Source: Ascidiella aspersa
Lineage: Eukaryota
Assembly: GCA_963924565.1 (NCBI GenBank)
Contig: OZ004608.1
Coordinates: 29,450,001-29,514,000 of the forward strand
Reading direction: 5' to 3'
DNA length: 64,000 bases
Part shown: piece by piece, positions 1 to 12,063 of the stretch
Layout of the letters: each line of letters opens with the position of its first letter
How positions within the stretch are numbered: the first letter of the stretch is position 1
Translations under genes and position numbers: made by a program
The notes under the pieces: model-generated
What the model saw: the letters and a program-made list of their open reading frames with translations, nothing else
Database searches by the model: none
Told to the model about the DNA's origin: nothing

Positions 1-80
1 ACTGTTTTACATATGATAAAATAGCCTAATTTTATAATAAATATTAAATGAAACACTTTATTTTAATTCCAGTGACGTAC

Positions 81-602
81 CTATGTTCTCCAGTGCAAAA
101 TTGGCGAAAGTTTTCAGCTGTTTTGGGAACTACGTCTGCAAAGAGCTCAATTCTAATTCGTCCAATTTCCTGTTGAAAACAATGGTAATGAATAATTTAG
201 CGACAGCCATGTCTGCTATTTTGCTTCTCAGAATTTAGTTCTCTTTAGGCTAAAATAATTGGATAATTCAAACAAAATAAAATAAATTTAATAATGTGTT
301 TATAAACTAGATATTTTGAACTCCGGTTGGTATAAAGATTGTTGCGTGCAACACTGTTTGTTCATAATTTGTACATTTTTTATAGAACAAAAAAAAATGT
401 TTTTTAGCTCTAAGCAGCATTGTAAAACAAGTTAAAATTAGCAAGTTAGCAAGTTGTGTTAGCACTTTTTTAGCAAGTTAAAATGCCACAATTAAATATT
501 TTCAGTGCAAATAAAACACACCAATTAGTTGCTAAAAGTACAACCCACCTGGCCACCAACACTGACATCCATAAACACCATCGGATTCTTTGTTTCAGTC
601 AT
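81..602 (-). CDS. PPIH: Peptidyl-prolyl cis-trans isomerase H (cyclophilin H, U4/U6 snRNP); 5' part only, gene continues off the left edge
   Basis: Not in the ORF track. Exon 1 602-549 ([18 protein letters not shown]|gtgggt) and exon 2 169-81 (ttcaacag|[29 protein letters not shown]..|gtacgt) splice in frame. The sequence matches the PPIH signature [31 protein letters not shown]. Confidence 0.92.
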
Positions 603-1401
603 TGTAAAATATATATTTAGTCAAGAGCTAGATGATGTTTTTCTGCAGATGAAGGGAAAAACAAATGTACACAAACCTTTCAGTAGAAATATTTTGTAAT
701 AAGCCTCCAAAAAAATAGGTTGCTGTTAATGCAATAAGTTTAAAGAAGCATGCTTTGAATTTTAAGTTCATACATTTATAAGTTTTTGCGAAATTAACAA
801 TGTAATTGAAATTGGCTACAGACTTTGGCAAATTGGGAGTCACGTTGAAAAGAAGGGAACATCAACACTTTATATACAATGCAATTATATACAGATTATA
901 ATAGGACACTAATAACTACATTTCACATGGCAGTGAGTACTTGGCCCATAGGCAGCAGCAGCGCTAGTTTCTTAGCAGGACGAAAAGAACATAACAGAAC
1001 ACTATTTACAAGGCATTTTACAACCACAAATCAAAAGAAGTGAAAACATCGCAATTTTTAAGCACCCAGTTTAGACACATTACATTTACATCCAGAAGCA
1101 AAAATCAAATAAATTACAGAAAAACGCCAATGTACTGGCCGAATTAACTTGAAACTATGTTGATTTTACAAAAAATTAAAGCGTTGTACAAATCTGGCCA
1201 TCTTTATGCAACTAAAAATTTTAACAACATCTTAAAACAACAAAACAAAAATCAACTTCACAACAAACCTTTCTACAAACCATCACTATTTACAAGTTAT
1301 AGCAGCATTGCCAGTATTTACCGGTCATATCACTCTTTGAAACGAAAATAAGCTGTAACTGAACACAACAGCAAAAGAAACAACCAGCCAACAACAAAGA
1401 A

Positions 1402-3618
1402 CTACTTGATTCGGTACAACATCTTCCTCTGCATGCGATGCTGGACTTCCCCCCTGCGCATCATCAGGTTAAGGACTTTGTAAATCTTCCGCTCCTCGTA
1501 CTTTTGCTTGACAAAGTCCTGGACGATGGCATACTCGGACACTTGGGAGCCGACCACAAAACGTCGCTTAATCTGTCGCTCGATCCGAGTCAACTCCTCC
1601 TGGTCAGATGTGGAGGTGAAGCCTTCTACTCCGGATAAATCCCCGGTCATGGCTGCGTCTAGCGTCGAAACTTGAAACAGGTGAAGAGCTTCATCCACTT
1701 CCGCTGCTCCGGCAAAAGCCTGGAGTTTCATCTTCGCCAATGACTCGGCAATACGGATAATGGCTTCCAGCTGACGGACAGTGATTGGAATTGACGTTTT
1801 TTTATTGGACTCTTGCTCGTGGGATCTTGCTCCCGATCGCATTAACACATAGCGATTCTGTAACTTTTCGCAGGCGGCTTTCGACAGTCTGGGGCCACAA
1901 TGACTTCTACAATAGGAAATGTACTTTGTAAGGGTCTCAATGTCTATTTCACCTTCGGTTGGCTTTGACGCTACACTGGCGTTCATGTGCACCCCCATCA
2001 CATGCTTTGCAAGGCGGATGTCTTTGGCTTGATCGTGTTCATCCTTTACAATAAAAATCATGTCGAAACGAGACAGAATGGTTGGCATGAAATCAATGTT
2101 TTGATCGCCCTTTGAGTCATCCCACCTGCCATACACTGAGTTGGCAGCTGCCAAGACTGAACACCGGGAATTCAAAGTTGTAGTGATACCGGCCTTTGCT
2201 ATCGAGATAGTCTGCTGTTCCATAGCCTCGTGAATAGCAACCCTGTCGTCCTGTCTCATCTTGTCAAACTCGTCAATACAAACAACACCGCCATCAGCGA
2301 GGACCATAGCGCCGCCTTCCATGACAAAATTTCTTGTGGAAGGATCACGCATAACTGCAGCCGTCAGACCGGCAGCACTGCTTCCCTTGCCAGACGTGTA
2401 AACCCCGATTGGTGAAACCTGCTCAACAAACTTTAAAAGCTGAGACTTGGCAGTACCAGGATCTCCGAGCAGAAGAAGATTGATGTCTCCTCTTCGTGTT
2501 AGCCCATCAGGAAGCCTCTTGCGTGATCCACCAAACAACAGACAGGCTATTGCCTTCTTGATGGACAGGCTTCCAAAAATTGAGGGGGCAATTGATTTTG
2601 CTATGCTGTCATAAATATTGGGCATAGATGCCAAGCGACGAATTTTCTCCTCATCTTCTGAAGTAAACTCAAAACCAGTTGATCTTCCTGGACCACCAGT
2701 TTCAACCTCGACCCCAAGGACACGAATGTAAGGAGCACGGATTCCAACTCCGGCCCTTCCCTTTTTCTCACGACTTCTGGCTGAAACACCTTGGGTTGCT
2801 TTTCGAATAGCGAAAATACCAATAATCGTTACCCGGTTCCCCGGGACCACTCGATCGCACAAGTATCGATCAATGTAGAGCTGCAAATGACGTGGCATCT
2901 CTCCCATGGGAACCGCATCGGGAGATTCCTGTAGCTTCAAGGTTTGAAAGTCCACACAGCAGCACTTATCAGGCAAAATGAAGTATGGGTCGATGGGACA
3001 TGGCTCTCTTCCTTGAGCTTCGGTGCCACACTTTCTTGGAAGCATGTAACCCTCCAAACCTGGCTTGATGTGAACATTCGGGACGATTGATCTGCATCCT
3101 CGACACTGGAGCGCTATTTTCGTGGCCTTTGCGCGGACGGCAGAAGCAGAAACTGCAATTCCTGGAACCTTGACGAGTTTCGACATCATGGATGCCTTTA
3201 GGTTTCTCACTGATTCTGCACGCGCAGAGGACTTAAGCATAATCTGAATATCTTGGACTTCCTCTTCATTTTCTGGCCTTGGTCGGGTAACTTCATCGGC
3301 TATTTCTTTGGCAGCTTGCTCAAACAGAGGAATGTATTCGGCTGGTCTTTGATACATCAAGTCAGCGAGCTCGTCATTATAGGAGCTCAGGTGTCCCAGA
3401 TCGATTTCCAAATAGTACTCTCCGAGGTTGTACCTCCTACGCAGCTGATCGCGATACAAATACGAGACACCAGATGCAGCTTCAGAGACATGGAACTCGC
3501 GCAAAAAGTCTCGGAATTTCTTTTTTATGATCGATCTTTGAGCGGTAGCTGTGTCTGACTGCTCATCGGCTCCAAAGTTGTCACTGAAGAAAATTCCAGG
3601 ATCATCAAAACCAGACAT
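1402..3618 (-). CDS. MCM5: DNA replication licensing factor MCM5, single coding exon (~738 aa)
   Basis: N-terminus [13 protein letters not shown] (ATG 3618; alternative in-frame ATG 3624), Zn finger, Walker [10 protein letters not shown], Walker B IDEFDKM, arginine finger SRFD, and MCM5-type C-terminus [11 protein letters not shown]. The ORF-track extension to 3717 is T-rich leader sequence. Confidence 0.97.
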   Translation of the reverse strand: MSGFDDPGIFFSDNFGADEQSDTATAQRSIIKKKFRDFLREFHVSEAASGVSYLYRDQLRRRYNLGEYYLEIDLGHLSSYNDELADLMYQRPAEYIPLFEQAAKEIADEVTRPRPENEEEVQDIQIMLKSSARAESVRNLKASMMSKLVKVPGIAVSASAVRAKATKIALQCRGCRSIVPNVHIKPGLEGYMLPRKCGTEAQGREPCPIDPYFILPDKCCCVDFQTLKLQESPDAVPMGEMPRHLQLYIDRYLCDRVVPGNRVTIIGIFAIRKATQGVSARSREKKGRAGVGIRAPYIRVLGVEVETGGPGRSTGFEFTSEDEEKIRRLASMPNIYDSIAKSIAPSIFGSLSIKKAIACLLFGGSRKRLPDGLTRRGDINLLLLGDPGTAKSQLLKFVEQVSPIGVYTSGKGSSAAGLTAAVMRDPSTRNFVMEGGAMVLADGGVVCIDEFDKMRQDDRVAIHEAMEQQTISIAKAGITTTLNSRCSVLAAANSVYGRWDDSKGDQNIDFMPTILSRFDMIFIVKDEHDQAKDIRLAKHVMGVHMNASVASKPTEGEIDIETLTKYISYCRSHCGPRLSKAACEKLQNRYVLMRSGARSHEQESNKKTSIPITVRQLEAIIRIAESLAKMKLQAFAGAAEVDEALHLFQVSTLDAAMTGDLSGVEGFTSTSDQEELTRIERQIKRRFVVGSQVSEYAIVQDFVKQKYEERKIYKVLNLMMRRGEVQHRMQRKMLYRIK

Positions 3619-4319
3619 CGACATCTTACTGGATATATTTTTACACCAAAAACAAAAAACTACACACAAACAAACATAAAAAACTAAAAAAAGATAACAG
3701 TTGATTAGAAAAACCAAAACAATTGTTGATCAGCCTTTACTGCAAATTCCATGCCGACACATTTGTTTTATGTCCCGATTAATTTAGTAAATTTAGATAT
3801 TACAGTAGAAACACTTGGTTAAATCTCTAAAAAGCCAAATTTTTGAAGTTAACTCACCATTACTTTCCCTAATATCACTCATATCGAATTGTTTTCTAGG
3901 GGCTACGGCTCATCTCTAAACTAACACGAAAAAACATTCATACCCTGCAAACTACAAATACTTTTGAATCGTAACAGGATATGACACATAAAAGAGATAA
4001 AAGATATAAATGTACGTTAACAATTTACTTACATAAATTGTCAAAAGCTAAAGGTAATTGTACGGATAACCAGAAATATGATATACTCGTTGCTCTACGG
4101 TTAACACAAATGTACCAACATTTTATTAACTTTTTATTAACGTACAGATGATAAAATAGAAATAGCACGTTTTAAATGCAATTTATTGCTCCAAGGCCAT
4201 TGGATTTGTAACAACTTGCCAAACAATGCCACATTTAAGAAATTCTGTACCTTGCGATGAGTTGCAGCGCCTGACTGTAATTGTCAAAACACAACTAACG
4301 AACGAACGAGGCACTGCTC

Positions 4320-4370
4320 CAGAATTACCCGCCAAATACACGTTTCGCGCCTCTAAAAGTGACGTCCCAT
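4320..4370. promoter_or_regulatory. Core of the MCM5/LRRC57 bidirectional promoter with two E2F-type sites
   Basis: CpG-containing patch between the divergent genes: TTTGGCGGG (- strand, 4328-4336), TTTCGCGC (4343-4350) and CRE-like TGACGTC (4360-4366). MCM genes are classic E2F targets. Confidence 0.6.
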
Positions 4371-4760
4371 ATCCGTACCACCATAGCTTATCGATTTTAA
4401 TTAAATTGTTAAATGGTTATATTCGAAACAGTAACTTATCGTATAACAGTTTATTTGATCAAAAATATTAACCCAAATTTTTTTTTTCGTAGTATTTTTG
4501 TTTTGAAGGAAAATATGTGAATTGACTTTGTTCAAAAAGCAGCAGTTGAGTAAATGCACAGCGATGAAAACAACGCCATGTCATGGTTGAATAGTTGCAC
4601 TTGCACTGTTGTGTTCACATATGTTCAATGTTATATTTATTCATTCAATTGTACTATACATCTTCGTGTGTTTGACAGATATATTTTTTAGGATTTTACT
4701 TGCCAGTTGCTTTAAACGAATTGCTAACAATAAAAACTAAACTTTTAGGGTTCGTCAAAA

Positions 4761-5474
4761 ATGGGAAATTCTATTAAATCTCACATTGACCAGGCTGAAA
4801 AAACGGGAGTTTTACAGTTGGCCTCCATGAATCTTACAGAATTTCCACCACAGTTAATGAAGTTAGCCAAAACACTGCGAACACTTGATCTTTCTGATAA
4901 CAAGATTCAGGGCCTTCCAGCAGCAATAGCCAACTTCATTTCATTGAAAACACTAACTTTGAACAGCAACAGATTAAGTATAGTAAGTCCGAGCTTGGGA
5001 AAACTAAAAAAGCTGGAACACCTGCATGTATCCTATAACAAACTGACATGTATTCCTCCCGAAATAAGACAATGTACAGCTCTCAAATCAGTTGTTCTCA
5101 AAGGCAATCAGTTAACATCTGTACCAGAGCAACTTGCCACACTTAAGCATCTGGATTTGCTGGATTTGTCCCACAACAAAATAACCGACATTTCTGATGC
5201 CATTGGTGGCCTGTATGCGGTTGAGTTTATCCTTAGCAATAATCAGATTAATTCGCTACCTGAAGGTCTGGCATCCTGCCCTCGCCTAAAAGTTCTTCGC
5301 GTCCAAGAGAACTGCATTCCACTACATGGAATCTCACCTAAGATTTTGAAAGACTCAAAAGTGTCTTTACTGGTTTTCGATGGAAACCTTTTTACACAAA
5401 AAGACTTTCAACAAGTAGATGGTTATGGCCAGTACATGGAACGATACACTGCAACAAAAAAGAAATTTGAATAA
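4761..5474 (+). CDS. LRRC57: Leucine-rich repeat-containing protein 57, single coding exon (237 aa)
   Basis: MGNS start (myristoylation-like), A.KTGV.QL N-terminal block, tandem LxxLxLxxNxL repeats, and the characteristic C-terminus YMERYTATKKKF. Confidence 0.93.
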   Translation: MGNSIKSHIDQAEKTGVLQLASMNLTEFPPQLMKLAKTLRTLDLSDNKIQGLPAAIANFISLKTLTLNSNRLSIVSPSLGKLKKLEHLHVSYNKLTCIPPEIRQCTALKSVVLKGNQLTSVPEQLATLKHLDLLDLSHNKITDISDAIGGLYAVEFILSNNQINSLPEGLASCPRLKVLRVQENCIPLHGISPKILKDSKVSLLVFDGNLFTQKDFQQVDGYGQYMERYTATKKKFE

Positions 5475-5958
5475 AGCAGTGTAGTAGTTTTGATAATTTG
5501 TTTTCCATTTGGAACATCATGATGTCATACTATAGTCCTATTTAATTGATACAAAGTCCAATTTTGTTAATAATATGCTGTTTTGGTTCTATGTCCTATG
5601 TCATGTCACCCTGCCTCAGTAATATTACATGTTATGTAGTTTTAATGCATGTCTACACATTACTCTGTTTCTTTGCAGTACTAAAATGTATTGATGGCTT
5701 TTTTTTTTTTGATTTTACTAACATTTATAAATATATATATATATATTATTTATGTTTAATTTTACTTAAATTAAACAATGCATTATAACAAAAACATAAT
5801 GCTATATAATAATTGGTTACAGTGTCATTACCAGCAATGTTTTAAAGTTTTACCTAGGTAGTGCAATCGTTTGATTTGAACTAATTGTCATTTATTTTTG
5901 ACTAATGTTTATATATATATTTTATGTTTCTTGAAGAAAGATGACACAGGTATTTTAA

Positions 5959-8900
5959 ATGTTTGTCCTAAGTCTCACGTCCTATCAGAGATGTGCCACG
6001 TGTTTGGCAAAATCAAACCTGCTTGTGGCCAGTCGGGGGAGTAAAAAAAGAAGTGAAGAGAGGGTGAAATACAAATGGCGCGGTCACAGAAAACGATTAG
6101 AACCGCAGGAGATTGCCAAAGACCACTACGACGAACATTATCCAATGTACCTTGGGCGCGAGTGGCCCTCAATTCGTTGTGCAATGCTTTCCAGGAAAAA
6201 GTACTGTAGTGTTCTGAATAATTTCATTGACACCGAGAAGTATGAGAAAAAGCTCCTTGAAAGTGGGGCTTACAATTTTATCGCCAAGTTTAATGCAAAT
6301 GCGCGGCAGAAATGGCTGGAATTAGATGAGGAATGCAACATCCTGTATGATCATTCAAGGGACTCTTACAGCAGCAAAATCCAAATGCAGCTTGGACTTG
6401 ACAACCTGACCTTAGACCGGTCATCGGAAACATACAGAAATGACGTACTGGAGCAGTTTGAGAACTTGCAAAGTGAAATGGACTTCTACGAAGAAGCTGC
6501 ACAAATGTGTAGTGCGGTGCGCGCATACATTTATCCCAAGGAAGACTTGACAGAGTTTAAATCGATCGTGACCAGAAATGGGGAGGATCACATGTATCAA
6601 AGCTTCATCCTGGATGCCGCTTCAGTGCTTCCTATTTTGGCCCTGGACCCTCATCCCAACGATCATGTTCTTGACATGTGTGCCTCGCCAGGGGGAAAGC
6701 TCAACGTCATCCTTCAACATGTTGGACTAGAAGGTAAATTTTAATGCCATTTTAGAGAGTGTTGGATTTTTAGCAGGGATGCATAGTCGAACTCCGCACT
6801 CGAGTGAGACTATCAAAGTCCAAAGTTCAACATGTGCAAATTGGAAACCATTAGGGCGGCGAACTGTGAAATGTAAAGTTGGAACGCCTATTTTGGATTT
6901 TTTTTGTTAACTTAAGTCAGACTCCTGTTGTTTTTTGACTTACTCTGCAGCCCTGCTTTTCAGTACAAATAACTGCATAGCGTAATTTTATACACGAGAT
7001 AAATTTAAAAATTTCTAACTAAGCAGACGAACACACACAATGACACAAAGTTATGCATTCTTTGAAATCCTTAGCTTTTTTTTGGCAATTGCAAAATTAG
7101 TGTTAAAGATTTCCTGCTTTTCAACTGTACTCTTCAAATTTTAAAGTTGAAATTAAACAGTATAAAATAGAAAACAAAATATGTTTGGCACTGTGGCATA
7201 AGTTGCGCAATTCATATTTATTAAAAATATAATGTTGAATTTTAAGTTGTTTTATTGTCTGTGTCACACATCCCTAATAATAACCCATTATAAAAGTCAT
7301 GGTTTGTAATAAAGGCAAGTTTCAGGTCATGAACAAAGTACATCAGCTCTTATGATAAGCACACTAGTGTGCTGGGCCTGTGGCACACAGTCTGAGAATC
7401 ACTGTAATACATATTACATTAATGGGCAACATAAACAGCTAGATAACATGTGGTGCCATACTGCCATTGTAAGACCCTGATGTACTGAAAAACAACTAAA
7501 GGATTTAATTTATTTTTGCCTACCTTACATACTATACAATGCAGATTGATTAACTTTCAGGAAAAATTGTTGCAAATGATGTGTCGAAGCAACGCCTCAA
7601 ACAGACTAGGACAGTTTTAAGTCAATATGTCCCTTTAAAGCACGATATTACCAACACAGTGAAGCTGACATCTCAGGATGGCCAAAACTGGGGTGGTATT
7701 GAACAAGAGTGCTATGATAAGGTAAGAATATAATATACACCTAAAATTAAAATATTTGTGCTTCTATGTCATGAGGAATAACTATAGTCTAAAACAAAAG
7801 CCCTTTTTAAAATGTGCATTGACTGTTTGGGACGTCTGTTGTGTAAAGCAGTTAATAAAACTCGTCTAAACAGATAATTGGTATGACCAACAAGAAAAAA
7901 CAGCAAGTGTATGCTAATGTTTTAATAAGGAATTTTCAGTAACAAACCTCATTAGGTTCATAAAATCACCGCCTAAGTTACCCTCTCTGTATGGATTAGT
8001 GAATTTTAATTAAGTAAAACTACAACCTACAGAGGTGTATATATATATGCAGTAGTTGCTGTGGACAATATGATGCATATTATAGGGACTAATTTTGTTT
8101 TCAGGTTTTGGTTGATGTTCCTTGCACCAATGACAGACTGAGCATTTATGAACCAGAAAAAGTGTCAGATCACATGTTTTATCGTCTTAGAAAAAATGAG
8201 CGAGCAAGGTTGCCTGAACTTCAATCTGAGCTGCTCAAGTAGGGATACTACTTGTTACACAAAAAAATGTATCATATCTATATATTTTTTTTTACTTTAA
8301 AATGCAACTTGAATTGAATATTTTGATCTTAAAACTTTGACGTGTTGATAAAGTTTCACATAGTTTTTTTTTGTGATGTAGAAATGCGGTGTTGGCTTGC
8401 AACATAGGCGGCACTATCGTATATTCAACCTGTTCCGCTTCAAGGTGGCAAAATGAGTTTGTTGTCCAATATGCACTGCAGGTTTGTTTGCTTACCTTAA
8501 CTGATTAAAACGAATTATAAATTGTAATATATGATAGCAATTGTATGTTCGCTATTAAAAGGATTTGTCCTCTTTCTTATTTTTCTAGAATTATTTGTGA
8601 GTTTTCAGGCTTGGACCCAAGTTAATTAAATGACTTTTTAGGGACAGAATTTTTCTTATTAATAAAAACCCAAAATATGTATGGTGTTTGTCTGCCAAAT
8701 AAATTGAATTGCATCCATTGTCCTCCTTTTTTGACCATAAAAATATGGTAGGTCAATATATAAATTATTGACCTGCAACAGAGAACACTTTCGTATAAAC
8801 AAACATTAATTTTCCACAGGAACTTCAAGAAAAGAATGTGCACTGTGAGGTCGTTGACCTCAGTCGTTATGAGGAGTTGCTCTCTGATGAGTTCTACTTT

Positions 8901-8993
8901 AACTCTGCCCCGCCTGTTGGTTCATTGGTCCAACCCAAACTCGACGCCAACTTTGGACCAATGTACATTTGCAAATTGCGTCGCCTAAGATAA
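5959..8993 (+). CDS. NSUN4: Mitochondrial rRNA m5C methyltransferase NSUN4 (~447 aa), 5 coding exons
   Basis: Exons 5959-6733, 7561-7721, 8105-8238, 8382-8481 and 8820-8993, all GT-AG and in frame. Motifs: LDAASVLP, DMCASPGGK, DGQNWG..YDKVLVDVPCTNDR, VYSTCS, and C-terminal ANFGPMYICKLRR. The DGxxWG and DVPCT motifs favour NSUN4 over NSUN3. Confidence 0.88.
6774..6955. mobile_element. Degenerate hAT-like MITE in NSUN4 intron 1
   Basis: Termini CAGGGATGCA...TGCAGCCCTG; flanks ATTTTTAG/CTTTTCAG match at 6 of 8. Confidence 0.5.
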
Positions 8994-9614
8994 CAGCGTA
9001 TTTTTCAATACATTTTCTTTTTGGATTGGTTGGTATCGCAGTCAAATTATCACTATGTTTCGGTTCTGTTTTCTATTTAGCACTGTTATGTGTAAATTCA
9101 AGAGACCTTAGTTGAGTTGTCTGAAGCGCTATTTTCTTAGAATGAAAATTAGCATAAAAAATAAAAGGCTTTTAATTGTCAGGGGATACAAGCCCATGTC
9201 AATAATATTATACTTGCTAATTTTACTAAATTCTGCATAAACCACTGGTTCATAATGTAATCACTGATATAACATTTGTCTCCAACATACATAAAAATTA
9301 ATTTAATCTTTCAACATTACAAACCAACCAACAAGGTATTGTTGACGTGTAGAATAAAACTTACCTAATTTTGATATTTTCTAACAAAACAAATATAAAA
9401 AATGTTCATTGTATAGTAATATACATTTTATATTTGTAACACTACAAAATAAAATAAATAACAACAACAAAAGCTCCATTGACAAAGCACAGGGGTGTCA
9501 ATGCTGAGATGAAGCACAAGCACTTTTTAAAGCTATTAATAATCATGCATACATCGCACTTCACTTTTCCAAAACGCTACTAGCTTGTTGCTCTAGTACT
9601 GGAATTTAATACTA

Positions 9615-12063
9615 TCAGGTTTCATTCTCAGATTTTTCTTCAAGTTGACTCAATGTCCAGTCCAGTTTCACAAAGCTTTCAGATATGTAGTTTACCTGTG
9701 CAAAAACTGAAGGTTATAAACAAATAGCATTCAACAATTTTGATTGATGGAAATTAAATAAAAATACATACATTTAAGGAAGCACCACATGAATATTACA
9801 AAAATCAGTTTACTTGATACAAAAATATCTTGAAAATAAACTAACAGCACTTACCAATTGATTGTAGGTCGAAATTAATGTATTTAGGTCTTCAGAAATA
9901 TTATTCAGATCTCCCTGAATAAAATGTTAAATTTTTATAAAACACTGATGCCTAAAAAATTGGCAAATTTTACACAGTAAGGAATAGATTGACACTTAAG
10001 TTCAATAAAAATTAATTAGAAAATACCAGTTGTGCATGCTGAACTGTCTGCAACTTTGCAAGCTTGGGTTGATGCTTGGAAATTTCTTTAATTTTGTCAC
10101 TTTCAATGCATTTTTCCAGCTTTTTAATTTCCTCAAACTGCAATGCCATGTGTTTGATTGCATCTTCAGAAGCCAGTACAGCCTCTGTTTCGCAAATGTT
10201 GTCCATAGAAATCGCATCAACAAAGCCAGGACTCAAATATTCACAAATTGATGGAACTAAAAAAATAGAGCTCATATGTTCGGGAATTTTAAAGAGTAGC
10301 AAAACTAAGGATATTTTTTTATCCAAATTTCAGCAACAACATGGCATTTTAGCATTTAGATTACAAAATTATTTAAAATCTGCTTGCATAAAAGTATTTG
10401 ATGCACAAAGACAATAAAAAATCGTTCTAAAACAGTTTGTAACATTGTGTTACATGATTGTGAAAAGAGCTATTTAAACTCCGCATTTCGTTATTAAAAA
10501 TAAACGTTTAAGAAAGTGATAACTGTTTTCTTAAGGTTAAAGCATTTTTATGGCTTAACTGTATGCTAAACTTCTCAATTCGCTTTGGGCTTTATTACAT
10601 CAATGTTTGCCTTAACAATATTGTAAATCTTTAAGAAATTTTTATGCCTACTCAGATTTGAGCTTTTTCCTCAGTTAAATAATTACTAAATCATTATTGT
10701 TGGTTTAGGCTGCAGACTTAGGAACAATTAAGTATTATTATATATTCTTCCGGCTTGTCATTTTTTTATTACGGAGTCAATAATTTCAACCCATAAATGT
10801 AGGAAGTTTACAAGACTAGGATTTTGGATGTGGAATGTTCGGTAATAGGTTTAGCCTCCCAGTCGTGAAATGTAATATATTACTACTAGTTTGTAAACTA
10901 AATCTCTAGCCGTGTATCTAATTTTTACATATATGAAAAATACGGATTGTGTACTCACACTTAAAATTAAAAAAATTGAATACAGGTTGCTGGTTATATA
11001 GCCTCTTCCTTTTATTTAATAAAACTAACCTCGCTTAAATATTTGGTTAAACCGTTCCCTTCTGGAGGCAAAAGTTGTTAATGTTTCATCAACCACCTTT
11101 AACGTCTTTAATATCTAAAATATATTTAAAAAAGGGTTGTTAGCAACTAAGTTCCACCAAAAATTTAACTACTGGTCAGTATTTACCAGTGTTGTAAACA
11201 AGTCATTGAAAAATGTGCCAGTCAAGTTGTTAGTAAAATAACTAAAGTCCAAGTCAAGTCTTTTTGAATAAATAACAAGTCCCAATCCAAGTCATCAGTT
11301 GCGCAAGTCAAGTCATAATTAGAGCAAGCCAACTTCAAGTCACACCCTTGTCATAAATATAAAGCGGTAAACCATTAAAATTGTTTAAAAAAGTCATATG
11401 ATTATAAGAAATAACTAAACAAAAAGAACAACGCAACATACAGCTAGAAAATTGGGCGCTGGTCTAGAATCCTACCACAACGAAACACCATTTGGGTTAG
11501 GGTGCGGGTTAGCGTTTGGGTTAAGGTGGGTCAAGTATTATTATTAAACAAAGAATATAATAATACTTGACCCACCCACACCCAAACGCTAACCTGCACC
11601 CTAACTCAAATTTTGTGCGTTGATTTTAGAACTGTGGTAGGATTCTAGACCAGCGCCGAAAATTGTTGTGCAAAAATTTGGATAAATAGCTCAATTTTAT
11701 AGAAAAATACCTGAAGAAAACACTTTATTTCAACTCAAGTCATTCTTTCAAAGGGCTTAAGTCAAGTCAAGTCATTTGTCCGAAAGACTCTTGAAGTCTA
11801 GTCATTTTGCTGTAATGACTTAAGTCAAGTCATTTTAAAAGAGTGACTTAAGTCAGTTCATTGACTCAAATCACTACAACGCTGGTATTTACCTTCAAAA
11901 ATTTACACGTTTATACTAAAAAACATATTGGAAATATTGGCATATTGGAAGTATGTTAAAACAACATAACGCGAACCTTTCCGTTGTCACCATCGTGAGC
12001 TAAAACTTTGCTTTCCAAAGTTGCGATTCGTTCCTCCAAATCTAATAACATCTGTTCGTCCAT
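9615..12063 (-). CDS. DCTN3: Dynactin subunit 3 (p22/p24), 180 aa, 5 coding exons
   Basis: Exons 12063-11977, 11114-11030, 10256-10027, 9914-9855 and 9695-9615 splice in frame: MDEQMLLDLEERIATLESKV...SRRERFNQIFKR...YLSPGFVDAI...YNQLVNYISESFVKLDWTLSQLE. This is colinear with DCTN3 (LQARVEELE..SKRERVK..YLDPEYIDRI..YNK..LSKQFVQWDELLCQLE). Confidence 0.88.
11187..11884. mobile_element. hAT-type MITE (family A, AAGTC-rich), interrupted by a nested element
   Basis: TIRs CAGTGTTGTA...TACAACGCTG; perfect 8-bp TSD GTATTTAC (11179-11186 and 11885-11892); many subterminal AAGTC repeats. Confidence 0.9.
11455..11657. mobile_element. Fold-back MITE nested inside the family A MITE
   Basis: 25-bp perfect TIR GGCGCTGGTCTAGAATCCTACCACA, near-palindromic over the whole length; perfect 8-bp TSD GAAAATTG (11447-11454 and 11658-11665). 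Confidence 0.9.

Noticed and set aside
3619-3717. N-terminal extension of the MCM5 ORF ([10 protein letters not shown]...)
   Set aside because: Non-ATG start in a U-rich acceptor tract; homology begins at MSGFDD.
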